Part shown: positions 32,448 to 43,208 of the stretch, one piece after another
Layout: each line of letters opens with the position of its first letter
Numbering within the stretch: the first letter of the stretch is position 1
Assembly: GCA_900313795.1 (NCBI GenBank)
Contig: OMSS01000001.1
Location: 1 to 47,368 of the forward strand
Source of the DNA: an uncultured bacterium
GTDB lineage: Bacteria; Cyanobacteriota; Vampirovibrionia; Gastranaerophilales; Gastranaerophilaceae
Length of the DNA stretch: 47,368 nt
Direction: 5' to 3'
The notes under the pieces: generated by a model
Database searches by the model: none
What the model was told of the DNA's origin: nothing
What the model saw: only the letters and a program-made list of their open reading frames with translations
Program-made: the position numbers and the translations under genes

Positions 32448-35103
32448 TTTGCGATTGAAACTCCGAGGCGATTCTTTCAAAAGTTGCCGTTCCCAATTTA
32501 GTTTTCATATCGTTAATTCTCACGTCGATTTTGCGGACGTTTTCGGGGTTTGGTTGTTTAAGTAGCAAGGCTTTTGCCAACAAATATGATTTCAGAGCAT
32601 CTTTTGTTTGGTTTGATTGATAGTAATAATCGCCGATTTGAATGTATGTTGATGCGGTGTAAACGTTGTCGTTGAGTTTCTTTGCGGCATCTAATGCTTT
32701 GAAAGAATAATCAAGGGCGAACGTCAAAGATTTTGCCTGATAAATTGTTGCTAGTTTTGAGTATGCAAAGTACAAACCGTCCCAATTTTCGTGCTGTTCG
32801 TCAATCTTTACCGAAAGTTCGTAATATTTTGCGGCTTTGTCGGTCAAATTTTGCTCCTCAAAAATTCCTGCAATGTTTGAATATGCCGATGAAATGTACG
32901 AATTTACCTCATAGTCAGTCGAGGTTTGGATACATTGTGAGTACATTTTGAAGGCTTTTTCGACACTGCCGGCATCGTCGTATGCAAGTCCGAACTTGAA
33001 GCAGGTTTCGCAAATAAGTTTTTTGTCGTTCAAATTCAGTGCGTAACTCAATGCCTCGTTGTAATAAACGCTTGCTCTTTCGATGTTGAGGTTGTTTGAT
33101 TCGATTTCTGCAAGGTTCAAAAGCACTCTTGCATTGAAGGCAAGGTCGGTTTTTTGATTTGAGTGCAAAATTGCCTCGTACATTTCTTTTGCCTTGTTGT
33201 GGTTGTACGTTTCTGTATAAATTTCAGCCATATTAAACAAGGCCTTGTTGGCGTTTTGCGGATTTGTGTTGCAATAAAGTTTGTACGCTATTTCAAAGCA
33301 TTTCAAAGCTTCGTCATTGTTTTGCATTTTTCTGTGGCAAAATGCAGTTTGCATCATTATAATCGGTTTTGCTTCGTCATAGCCAGCCGCTTCGGTCATT
33401 GAGTATGCTTTGTTATAAATTTTCAACGCACGTTCAAAATCAAATTCCTGTTCTGCAAGACTTGCCTCATTCATTACTGTAACAAGAGTTTCTGTAGGTT
33501 GAGCAGGTTCTTCTTTTTGGAAGTTGTTTTGAGGAGGTTTTTGTTGATTTTGGAACTGATTTTTTCTGAGTTGATTTCTCGGATTGAAGTCGTATTGTGG
33601 AGTTTCCCTGTCGTCACGGATAAGTTCGGCATTTGGAACTTTGAGGTTGAGTTGATTTAGCAACTTCAATTCTTCGTTTGAAAGTTCGAAATTTTTTGCT
33701 CTTAAATTGTTGTTAATTCTCGTAGCAAGTCCTCTTGGTGCGGGCTTAACAAATCTTTTTTGCTGTTGTTGATTGCTGCCGACAGAAGATTCGGAAAAAT
33801 TCCAGTCTCTTTTGATACTGTTTGAATAACTCAAATAGTTGTAGTCCAAACTTTTTTGTTTGGTTTGTGGCTGGATATTTGTTTCGATTGTTTGTGCGGC
33901 TTGTTCCTTGTGGTATGCTGCTTCACGACGCATTGTGCTTCTCGAAATTATCAAATCACGTTCTGAAGGTTTTTTGGGAAGTTGTGATTCATACAATTCT
34001 GCCAAATAGGTGTGAATGTCCTTAAACGTTTGCGGATTGATGGTTTCGATGACCGTGCTTTTGACGTAATCTTTCAGGTAAATGTTGATTCCTTCTCTGC
34101 AAAGCAACATTCTCTCCTCGAGATATGCAAGTTCATCTGGAGTTGAAAGTTTTTGTTTAATCAAGAAATTTTCGCTAACGCCCGAACGAATAAGAGCAAG
34201 AAACCATAAAGTTTTGAAAAATCTTTCGGGGATTAATGTCAAAACTTTCGAAATCAGAAAATCAAAAATTGTCTTTTTCTTTTTGGAATAATCGTTATAA
34301 ACGCTCTTGAGGTTCAAATTTAGCAGTTTGATTACGTTTATCAACAAAGAAATATAAAGAAAATGTCCCTTTGTAGCTTCAAATGCGTTGTTGTAAGTTT
34401 CTTCGTCCGACGTGATGTCGTTTTTGTTCAAAATTTCGATGAACTCTTCTTTTCCACAAAGTTTTATTATGGCGTAATTTTGATTGTTTTCCCCTGATAA
34501 ATCACTGTCTGCAAGGTTTCTCGATGCAACGACAATTTTTACCCTTTCGATTTGTGAAATGTGTTTGATAAAGTTCGAAATTTCGACGTGAAGCGGAAAT
34601 TTTTGTGCATTTACAGAGTCAAAAATAAATAACATTGGCATATTTATGCTTTTTAAATATGCGTTAATTCTGTCTGTAAATCCAGTAGAATCAACCTTTG
34701 GTAGGGTTATCTTGCGTTGGTTATGATAGTTCACAAAGTCCGTATGGATTGACAACAAAACGTCGTCCAAGTTAGTTGATTCAAAACAATTTATTCTGAA
34801 ACAAAGAACGTCATCGTTTGTTATTTTGGGCAAAAAATCGACCATTGTTGATTTTCCGCTACCCATAAATCCGTGAAGGACAAACAAACTTGCATTAGAG
34901 TTTACAAAATTCACAAGTTTTGTGAAAGTTTCAAAATCGTGAGCCAAAATTTCTTCAACTTGCGGAGAAATTTCCTCATCAATAGCACCTTTTAAGCCTT
35001 CAATGGACAATCCTCTTGAAAAGACAAAACTTCCCATACCGGAAAGGCCGGCTGGTCCGTTAAGCAAATTTTCGATTTTTTCCGTTAAAAACTTATACGC
35101 CAT
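32440..35103 (-). CDS. P-loop NTPase (STAND/AAA-like) fused to a C-terminal TPR array
   Basis: Walker A 'LHGFMGSGKSTMV', Walker B 'MLFIFDSVN', a Q/N-rich linker 'QLRKNQFQNQQKPPQNNFQ', then about 8 TPR-like repeats ('ALKCFEIAYKLY', 'KAKEMYEAIL', 'KAFKMYSQCI', 'KAAKYYELSV', and others). Confidence 0.6.
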   Translation of the reverse strand: MAYKFLTEKIENLLNGPAGLSGMGSFVFSRGLSIEGLKGAIDEEISPQVEEILAHDFETFTKLVNFVNSNASLFVLHGFMGSGKSTMVDFLPKITNDDVLCFRINCFESTNLDDVLLSIHTDFVNYHNQRKITLPKVDSTGFTDRINAYLKSINMPMLFIFDSVNAQKFPLHVEISNFIKHISQIERVKIVVASRNLADSDLSGENNQNYAIIKLCGKEEFIEILNKNDITSDEETYNNAFEATKGHFLYISLLINVIKLLNLNLKSVYNDYSKKKKTIFDFLISKVLTLIPERFFKTLWFLALIRSGVSENFLIKQKLSTPDELAYLEERMLLCREGINIYLKDYVKSTVIETINPQTFKDIHTYLAELYESQLPKKPSERDLIISRSTMRREAAYHKEQAAQTIETNIQPQTKQKSLDYNYLSYSNSIKRDWNFSESSVGSNQQQQKRFVKPAPRGLATRINNNLRAKNFELSNEELKLLNQLNLKVPNAELIRDDRETPQYDFNPRNQLRKNQFQNQQKPPQNNFQKEEPAQPTETLVTVMNEASLAEQEFDFERALKIYNKAYSMTEAAGYDEAKPIIMMQTAFCHRKMQNNDEALKCFEIAYKLYCNTNPQNANKALFNMAEIYTETYNHNKAKEMYEAILHSNQKTDLAFNARVLLNLAEIESNNLNIERASVYYNEALSYALNLNDKKLICETCFKFGLAYDDAGSVEKAFKMYSQCIQTSTDYEVNSYISSAYSNIAGIFEEQNLTDKAAKYYELSVKIDEQHENWDGLYFAYSKLATIYQAKSLTFALDYSFKALDAAKKLNDNVYTASTYIQIGDYYYQSNQTKDALKSYLLAKALLLKQPNPENVRKIDVRINDMKTKLGTATFERIASEFQSQND

Positions 35104-35140
35104 ACTTATATATTACAATAATTTTTCCACTAATTAAATA

Positions 35141-35169
35141 CAAAATAAAAAAGACCGACTAATCGGTCT
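35141..35169 (-). terminator. terminator-like hairpin facing the minus strand, inside a divergent intergenic region
   Basis: 7-bp stem agaccga/tcggtct (35152-35158 with 35163-35169). On the minus strand it is followed by ttttttatttt. Confidence 0.4.
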
Positions 35170-35203
35170 AAATTCACACACTTTTCAATACACATTTTTG
35201 TTA

Positions 35204-35236
35204 GGCACAATCCCTGTGCCGAGTTTTTTTATTTTT
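35204..35236 (+). terminator. terminator-like hairpin facing the plus strand, with no upstream plus-strand gene
   Basis: Stem ggcaca/tgtgcc (35204-35209 with 35215-35220), followed by gag-ttttttt-a-tttttt. Confidence 0.4.
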
Positions 35237-35419
35237 TCACTTTTACACATGAGGTCGCCTCACACCTTGCGAGGTAACTGTTTGGACATCTTGTCCACAC
35301 TTCTATAAAGTCATGTTTTTCATGAAAATTGCTCAATATTCTCCATTTGTATGAATTTTTGTAAAGGCTTGTTTTAAAAATAACAAAATGATACACTTGT
35401 TATGACGAAAGGACGGCAA

Positions 35420-35863
35420 ATGATGACAAAAAAATTAAAAATCGGCTTTGGCTGTGATCACGGCGGAATTAATCTCAAAAATAAACTCATCGAAATTTTC
35501 AAAGATGAATACGAATATGTTGACTATGGAACTTATACAGCAGATTCTGTTGATTATCCTGTTTATGCGAAAAAAGTTGCAGATGCAGTAGTTGCAGGTG
35601 AAGTTGATAGAGGAATTATCTGTTGCGGTTCCGGAATCGGCGTTTCTATTGCTGCAAACAAGGTTAAAGGCATTAGGGCGGTAGTTTGCTCAGATACTAC
35701 TTCTGCAAGATATTCAAGACTTCATAACGATGCAAATGTTCTCTGTATGGGCGAAAGAATCATCGGTGCTTTGACGGCGGAAGATATTTGCAGAATTTGG
35801 CTCGATACTGAATTTGAAGGCGGTCGTCACCAACGTCGTGTCGATATGCTCAACAATATGTAA
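35420..35863 (+). CDS. rpiB: ribose-5-phosphate isomerase B
   Basis: 'KIGFGCDHGG', 'GIICCGSGIGVSIAANKVKGIRA', 'SRLHNDANVLCMGERI', 'GGRHQRRV'. I prefer the start at the ATG-ATG at 35420/35423, downstream of RBS aaggacgg. Confidence 0.9.
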   Translation: MMTKKLKIGFGCDHGGINLKNKLIEIFKDEYEYVDYGTYTADSVDYPVYAKKVADAVVAGEVDRGIICCGSGIGVSIAANKVKGIRAVVCSDTTSARYSRLHNDANVLCMGERIIGALTAEDICRIWLDTEFEGGRHQRRVDMLNNM

Positions 35864-35883
35864 TCGACTGAAATATGATTTTT

Positions 35884-35913
35884 AAAAAGCAGGTCTTCTT
35901 GCCTGCTTTTTTG
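35884..35913 (+). terminator. intrinsic terminator of rpiB
   Basis: Stem agcagg/cctgct followed by a T-run (35907-35912). Confidence 0.65.
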
Positions 35914-35968
35914 TTGCAGGGACTTCGTCCCGCTCTGTTTGCGCTTGCGTATGTTCATAGCATTCACC

Positions 35969-36006
35969 GTCATTGCGAACGGAGCGTCAGCGGAGTGTGG
36001 CAATCC
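35969..36006. repeat. hairpin repeat, copy C (inverted relative to copies A and B1)
   Basis: gtcATTGCgaacggagcgtcagcggagtgtgGCAATcc. Same family as 21294-21332 and 25153-25179. Confidence 0.5.
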
Positions 36007-36035
36007 AGTAATTCGAGTTTATCAAAACGTATTAA

Positions 36036-36066
36036 CAAAAAAGAGGGCTTTAAAAAAGTCCTCTTT
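36036..36066 (-). terminator. intrinsic terminator of groEL
   Basis: On the minus strand: agaggac-ttttttaaa-gccctct followed by tttttgtt. Confidence 0.6.
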
Positions 36067-36106
36067 CTCGTTTTGAGTTAGTTTAATGAATTTCAGTTGA
36101 CTGAAA

Positions 36107-37777
<1,671 letters not shown>

Positions 37778-37795
37778 TTAAATCTTTTTTAATTC

Positions 37796-38083
37796 TTATT
37801 CAAGAATACCCAAAACATCTTTTACTGAAAGGATTTTGTACATTACGTTGTCAACTTTTACGTCTGTACCTGCATATTTTGCGTACAAAACAATTTCGCC
37901 GACTTTAACTTCCATCGGTGCTTTTTCGCCGCTGTCTAAAGTTTTGCCTGTTCCGATTGCAACAACTTTACCTTTTTGCGGTTTTTCTTTTGCACTGTCA
38001 GGAATAAAAATACCGCCTGATGTTTGTTCTGCATCGTCTATGATTTCAATAACCAAATTATCGCCTAAAGGTCTGATACTCAT
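37796..38083 (-). CDS. groES: co-chaperonin GroES
   Basis: 'IRPLGDNLVIE...SGGIFIPDSAKEKPQKGKVVAIG'. It is 95 aa and lies 33 nt upstream of groEL. Confidence 0.95.
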   Translation of the reverse strand: MSIRPLGDNLVIEIIDDAEQTSGGIFIPDSAKEKPQKGKVVAIGTGKTLDSGEKAPMEVKVGEIVLYAKYAGTDVKVDNVMYKILSVKDVLGILE

Positions 38084-38240
38084 TTTATTTCTCCTTTACT
38101 GTCTGTAACTTTACTACTCATTTATAATATATTTTTTGCAATATTGAGTTTATTTTAACAAAAAATTAATTATTCAGTTTTTAAGTATTGGTTTTTGCGG
38201 TTGTTTTTTGAGGCGAAAAATCAACAAATTTTATTTTTTC

Positions 38241-38269
38241 TTGAAAAATAAACATTTTTTGTTTATAAT
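38241..38269 (+). promoter_or_regulatory. near-consensus sigma70-type promoter
   Basis: TTGAAA (38241-38246), a 17-nt spacer, then TATAAT (38264-38269), about 50 nt upstream of the ATG at 38322. Confidence 0.45.
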
Positions 38270-38321
38270 TTTTGCAAATTTAAAAATTCATGAATGGAAA
38301 AATTACAGAAAGGTATTGGTT

Positions 38322-38939
38322 ATGTCCGCAAGCCAACTCCCCGAAAATATGGGAAAAAAGATAGTAGAAGCCTTGAAAAGACAGGCTATGTATGGAGAAG
38401 ATTATTCTGCAACAACGAATGAACAGACGGAACAACCTGAAAAATTCGTTTTGCCGCAAGAAGATACTATTGTTGAAAACGATATGGAAGATTTGAATAC
38501 AATTACGGAAACTGAAGAAGTTCAACCTCAACCGACACCGGTTCTAAAAGAAGATCCAATTCAATTTTCGATTCCTTCATCATCACCTGCAACTTTGCAA
38601 AATGTTGCATTCAACGCTTATGCACCTGAAATGCCCACAAACGTTGCTGTTTTGAAAAAGTTGATTTCACAACTTCCTGCAGGCGTTTCGAAACAAATCG
38701 GTGCACAAATTATCAGACAAACTATTGAAGCGTTAGGCATTTCGATGAACAGTGTTCTTCAAGAGGCTCAACAGGTTCCAGAAAATTTGAACAATTCTGT
38801 TACTGAATGTTCGATGAAAATTCAAGAATACAAAAATCAAATTATGCAACTTGAATCAAATGCAAGAGATTATCAACGCCAAATGGCTCAAATCAATGAT
38901 TTAATCAGTCTTTTCATCTTGACGGATAAAAAACATTAA
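38322..38939 (+). CDS. hypothetical protein (acidic N-terminal half, coiled-coil C-terminus)
   Basis: The ORF-track start at 38208 would put the promoter inside the CDS. The ATG at 38322 has an aaagg RBS. I recognise no family. Confidence 0.5.
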   Translation: MSASQLPENMGKKIVEALKRQAMYGEDYSATTNEQTEQPEKFVLPQEDTIVENDMEDLNTITETEEVQPQPTPVLKEDPIQFSIPSSSPATLQNVAFNAYAPEMPTNVAVLKKLISQLPAGVSKQIGAQIIRQTIEALGISMNSVLQEAQQVPENLNNSVTECSMKIQEYKNQIMQLESNARDYQRQMAQINDLISLFILTDKKH

Positions 38940-38965
38940 TTCCGCAATCCCGAAAATTTACGGAA

Positions 38966-39001
38966 TAAAAAAGAGGAACTTTTGATGAGTTCCTCTTTTA
39001 C
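38966..39001. terminator. bidirectional intrinsic terminator
   Basis: 10-bp stem aagaggaact/agttcctctt, flanked by an A-run and a T-run, between convergent genes. Confidence 0.65.
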
Positions 39002-39018
39002 TTTGTTGGAAAGTTTTG

Positions 39019-39831
39019 TTATGGAGTTACTGTCATAAGGTCGTAAATAGCGTCCCAACCACTTTTTCCACCACGAACTTTGAATTTTTGGATACGATTA
39101 ACTGTTGATTTTCTCAATTTTGCAATGGTTTTGGTATTTCTTGTTTCCAACTTTTTGTTTTCTTTTCTGAGTTGAAGAACTGAATTTGCGTAAGTCAAGA
39201 AGTTTTTGTATTCGTTGCAGTTGTAACCTGCTTTAACTTTTGCAGGGTATGAGTAAGTTGTGTAATCGTAAACGTTCATTGCTCTTTCGCTGTTAGCAGG
39301 TCTGCCTGTGATTGCATCCCAAGTTGAACCGGTTTGTTTTGTCAAAACAACAATCAATGCAAGTGGGTTGTAGCCAGCGTTTGCCATAAGGTTAGTTGCG
39401 ATAGCGTCAGCCTCTTTTTCTTCTTTTGTTGAACGGTAATTGATTGCTGCTGTTGTGAGTAAGCCTGTTGAGTCAGATTCTGTTGCAGTTGTTGTGTCTG
39501 TTGATTGTAAAGAGTATAAAACTTTTGCTTTTGAAGCGTGGCCTGCGATGATGTGACCGAGTTCGTTTCCGACAACTGCTGCGACTTCGTTGTCATTGCC
39601 TGCAAAAGAAAGTTTTGCTTTTGAAACATTTACTGTTTTATTTGTTGTAAAGTCAGAGTTATCAGTGTCGTCAGAAACAACCTTGAATTGAACGTTTGTA
39701 ATGGCGATGCCATTTTTTGTCAATAAAAGTTTTCCGATTTCAGGAACTCTTGATTCTGCATTATATGTTGCTGCAAATGAAGGAATTGCCGCAAAGATTG
39801 CAACAAACAATGTTAAAATAATCTTTTTCAT
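39019..39831 (-). CDS. secreted M48-like protein with a variant metal motif (NELGH)
   Basis: Signal peptide 'MKKIILTLFVAIFAAIPSFA' (ATG at 39831, RBS ggagaa). 'VVGNELGHIIAGH' resembles the M48 motif HExxHxxxxH with Asn at the first His. 'EKEADAIATNLMANAGYNP' resembles the M48 distal Glu region. Confidence 0.5.
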   Translation of the reverse strand: MKKIILTLFVAIFAAIPSFAATYNAESRVPEIGKLLLTKNGIAITNVQFKVVSDDTDNSDFTTNKTVNVSKAKLSFAGNDNEVAAVVGNELGHIIAGHASKAKVLYSLQSTDTTTATESDSTGLLTTAAINYRSTKEEKEADAIATNLMANAGYNPLALIVVLTKQTGSTWDAITGRPANSERAMNVYDYTTYSYPAKVKAGYNCNEYKNFLTYANSVLQLRKENKKLETRNTKTIAKLRKSTVNRIQKFKVRGGKSGWDAIYDLMTVTP

Positions 39832-39895
39832 GTTTTCTCCTTTTCCTTTCAATAACAAAATTATTTTACCATAGAAATTCTACTTGTGGCGGTTA

Positions 39896-41614
39896 TTATC
39901 GATTGAATTTACAGTATTTGTATCTTGGAAGTTTTTCGCCAAAAATTCTTAGGTCGATTTCTTTGCAATCAGTGACTTTTCGACCATTATTTTTATTGTA
40001 AAAATCTAAAACTTCATTTACCATATCAGAATAACACTCGTCGATTGAAACAAGGTAAATATTTTTATCGCTTCTGATTAAGTCTTTGCAATACTTTTCG
40101 GCATATTCCGAGAAGAATGTGTAAGTGTCAATCGTTCTGTCGATTTTTTCAATTTCCTTGTAATGCTTGTTGAATATGGATTTTGGATAAAAAAGCATGA
40201 CGAATTGAACATTCGGATTTTGGTTGACCAAAGTTGCTGAAACACCGCAATTTGTGATTAAAACGACAGAATTGTCATCGAAGTTCATATCTGTTCTTTC
40301 AAAAATTTTGAATTTTTCTCCAGATTGAATTTTTTCAAACAAATTTGTTTTCATTGACGGAATTTCGCCGTAATTGATGTTGAAATAAAGAAGAAAAATC
40401 ATTGCCATAACTGCGATTATGACAAAAATATCTTTGAATTTTGATTTTTCCGAATAGAAAAATGAAAAAACGAAAATTGTCACCAAAATTCCAGATAAAA
40501 CAGTACTTGCGATGACAAATCTTGCACAGGCACTAACGGCGAGGTTTATTGAACAAGGTATTGCAAAAAGCATTATCATAACGAATAAGTTGCCGTAAGA
40601 TATGGTGTTTCTGAATGTTTTTGTGATGTTAAAATTGTCTTTTTTGAAGTTGAAAAACGAGGTGACTGTCAAAATAATTGTCACAAAATAAATTATTATA
40701 CTTCTGTAATCCGTCGCAAAATTGTCGTACGCATATCCTCTCAACACAAACGGATAGAACAAAAATTCGTATAAATTTTTCGGTATAAGATAATATCCGC
40801 AGTCGATATCGAGGAGTTTTATCGGGTATGTGTATGGGGATTTGAAAACATTGTTGAAAAAAGGGAAAAATGGATTTAAAAATTTCTGATAAACCTTGAT
40901 TATCCAATAACCATCAAGGATTGAGAAGGTTATGGCTGCACCTGCAAAATACCAAAGCAGTGCATTTATCGGTTTGTCGATTTTTTTGAACAAAATGAGT
41001 GTGATTATCGGAATTGCTACTGCCGCAGAGTATGCTGTGAGTTTTAATCCAGTCGCAACTCCGAAAACTATTCCACATAAAAGAAACATTATCTTTCGAT
41101 GATTTGTATTTTCTTTGAAAATATTTCTTATAAAAATATAAAATCCAACAAGCGTAATAAGTGCAATCTTGATGTCGTTTTGCTCAAATGTGAGTTGCAA
41201 AATCATTGCGGGCATGAAAATAAAGCAAAAAATTGATGAAAATATTGCAATTCCTTTTGTTTTTGGAGAATTTGTGTCAAATTTATCGAAAATATAATCC
41301 GCAAATTTGTAAATCATAAAAACTACCAAAACCGAATCCCAAAGCGATAAAAAGGCAAATAAATATGGGTGATTTTGGAGTTTAAAAATTGTCCAAAAAG
41401 TAAGTATATCAATAACTGGAGTTATGCATGTTCGCATATTTCCAGGGAAAAAATCAATGTCGAATCCTCTGTGTGTCAAAAACGAAAAACAGTTGAATGC
41501 CTTGTAATTTAGCCAATCCCAGTCAGGTATTGCAGGAAACAAAAAATAAATTATCGCAAGCAAAACCCAAATTAGAACTATAAGAAAGACTTCTTGTTTC
41601 CAATTTATCTTCAT
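39896..41614 (-). CDS. polytopic membrane protein, GT-C-type glycosyltransferase-like
   Basis: It has 12 or more predicted TM helices, the first-loop acidic motif 'PDWDWLNYKAFN', and a soluble C-terminal domain of about 150 aa. The family assignment is tentative. Confidence 0.45.
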   Translation of the reverse strand: MKINWKQEVFLIVLIWVLLAIIYFLFPAIPDWDWLNYKAFNCFSFLTHRGFDIDFFPGNMRTCITPVIDILTFWTIFKLQNHPYLFAFLSLWDSVLVVFMIYKFADYIFDKFDTNSPKTKGIAIFSSIFCFIFMPAMILQLTFEQNDIKIALITLVGFYIFIRNIFKENTNHRKIMFLLCGIVFGVATGLKLTAYSAAVAIPIITLILFKKIDKPINALLWYFAGAAITFSILDGYWIIKVYQKFLNPFFPFFNNVFKSPYTYPIKLLDIDCGYYLIPKNLYEFLFYPFVLRGYAYDNFATDYRSIIIYFVTIILTVTSFFNFKKDNFNITKTFRNTISYGNLFVMIMLFAIPCSINLAVSACARFVIASTVLSGILVTIFVFSFFYSEKSKFKDIFVIIAVMAMIFLLYFNINYGEIPSMKTNLFEKIQSGEKFKIFERTDMNFDDNSVVLITNCGVSATLVNQNPNVQFVMLFYPKSIFNKHYKEIEKIDRTIDTYTFFSEYAEKYCKDLIRSDKNIYLVSIDECYSDMVNEVLDFYNKNNGRKVTDCKEIDLRIFGEKLPRYKYCKFNR

Positions 41615-41704
41615 AGGTTAATTGTAGCACATTTTTGTCTAAAATGTTCATATCCGTTGAGTGAGTTTGTTCTTGGTTGTATAATCGGGACAAAAGGAGT
41701 GCTT

Positions 41705-42934
41705 ATGGATAAAATCAAGGCGATGTTCAGAGCATTTAAGTATCGGAATTTCAGGCTTTTCTTTCCGAGTCTTGCAATTTGTCAAATCGGGATTTGGATT
41801 CAAAATATTGCCATAAGTTGGCTCGTTTATGACATTACAAAATCCCCGTTTATGATGGGAACTGTAATGTTTTTCAACGCAATCCCTCTTTTTATCGTAA
41901 CTCCGTTTGCGGGCGTTATCGTTGATAAATTCAATCGTCATAAACTCCTTTTCGCTGTGCAACTTTTGTTCGCCTTACAGGCTTTGTTGATAACACTTTT
42001 CACCGTTACGGGATTTATAAATATCCCTGTGATTATAGTTCTTGGGGTATTCTTGAACTGTATTGCCGCTATAGATGCACCTTTGAGACAGTCGACATTT
42101 GTTCTTCTCGTTGATGATAAAAAAGATTTGTCTAATGCAATTTCTTTGAATGCTTCTTGCTTTAATATGGCAAGATTTGTTGGCCCTGCAATCGGCGGTA
42201 TGCTCATTGCTTACACAAATATTGGCATTTGCTTCTTGATTAATTTCTTATGTATTTTGCCGAATATTTTTCTCGTTAGAATGATGAAAATTGTGGACGT
42301 AAAATCAGAAACCGTAAAGAATTCTTCTATTTTTGAAAGTTTAAAAGAAGAGGTTTCTTATACTCTTGCACACCCTGAAATTTCCTTGTCGCAACTGTAT
42401 TTGGCTGTTTTTTGCTTTATGCTCCTTGCATATCCAATGTTAATGCCTATTTATACTTCAGAGGTTTTGCACGCAAATGCTGATGTTTTGGGCTTTATCT
42501 TGGGTGCAACTGGGGTCGGTTCGTTGACGGCTTCTTTGCTTCTTGCTATAAAAATGACAACCCATAAAATGCGAACGATTATGTTCTGTGGCTGTCTGTC
42601 AATCTGTGGAGCATATATTTTCCTCGGCTTTATAAATCATGAGTGGACTGCTATTATCCTCATGTTTTTTGCAGGACTTGGCATGACGTGTTTTTTAACT
42701 CCTCAAAACATGCTTTTGCAAAATATCGTTGCTGATGACAAACGTGGTCGTGTAATGAGTATGAATGCACTTTGTTACGGTGGTACAATCTCTTTGAGTA
42801 GTTTCATTGCTGGCTCAATCGCTGAAACAATAGGTATTGCACATACTTTCGTCCTCCTCGGGGGTGTAATGTTCGGCTTCGCTTGCTATTTTAGTTATCG
42901 TTTATCGAAATTTGATTACACTAAAAAGATATAA
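41705..42934 (+). CDS. MFS transporter
   Basis: 12 TM helices. 'FRAFKYRNFRLFF' and 'GVIVDKFNRHKLL' are typical of the EntS-like MFS_3 group. I prefer the ATG at 41705 (RBS aaaaggag). Confidence 0.8.
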   Translation: MDKIKAMFRAFKYRNFRLFFPSLAICQIGIWIQNIAISWLVYDITKSPFMMGTVMFFNAIPLFIVTPFAGVIVDKFNRHKLLFAVQLLFALQALLITLFTVTGFINIPVIIVLGVFLNCIAAIDAPLRQSTFVLLVDDKKDLSNAISLNASCFNMARFVGPAIGGMLIAYTNIGICFLINFLCILPNIFLVRMMKIVDVKSETVKNSSIFESLKEEVSYTLAHPEISLSQLYLAVFCFMLLAYPMLMPIYTSEVLHANADVLGFILGATGVGSLTASLLLAIKMTTHKMRTIMFCGCLSICGAYIFLGFINHEWTAIILMFFAGLGMTCFLTPQNMLLQNIVADDKRGRVMSMNALCYGGTISLSSFIAGSIAETIGIAHTFVLLGGVMFGFACYFSYRLSKFDYTKKI

Positions 42935-43208
42935 AAATTCGACCGCAATAAATGGTTTACATATCTGACGGAATTGGTTGACGTTTGTGTAAAAATACCT
43001 GTGGTTATTGTATTGATTATATTTTGTTGATATTAGAGCAAAATTGTCAGGTGTTGGTTGACAATAGACGAAAAATATTGCCTTTGTTGGGGTGGATTTT
43101 TTGTTATAAAAAATGGTCAAAAAAGGTTGTTTTTTAAATATGTTCACGGTATCTTTAATGTCATAAAGACTACATTTATTAGGAAGTATTAAAGGAGGAT
43201 CTAATAAT

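Noticed and set aside
32440-35103. Calling the NTPase-TPR protein an Avs-type anti-phage STAND
   Set aside because: It has no N-terminal effector domain and no mobile or defence neighbours, and its stop overlaps rsmG. I keep it as an open finding but do not annotate it as defence.
35875-36081. 68-aa plus-strand ORF between rpiB and groEL
   Set aside because: It is composed of the rpiB terminator, a hairpin-repeat copy and the groEL terminator. It has no RBS and is spurious.
38084-38321. CIRCE (TTAGCACTC-N9-GAGTGCTAA) heat-shock operator upstream of groES
   Set aside because: I searched the groES upstream region by eye on both strands and found no match or near-match. Regulation is probably not HrcA/CIRCE-type here, or the site lies elsewhere.
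38208-38321. N-terminal 38 residues of the 243-aa ORF
   Set aside because: This segment contains a near-consensus TTGAAA-17-TATAAT promoter and is Phe/Lys/Ile-rich AT-rich translation. The ATG at 38322 with an RBS is the more likely start.
42902-43147. 81-aa minus-strand ORF in the nifJ upstream region
   Set aside because: It overlaps the 3' end of the MFS gene and an AT-rich promoter region. It shows no RBS or family resemblance.
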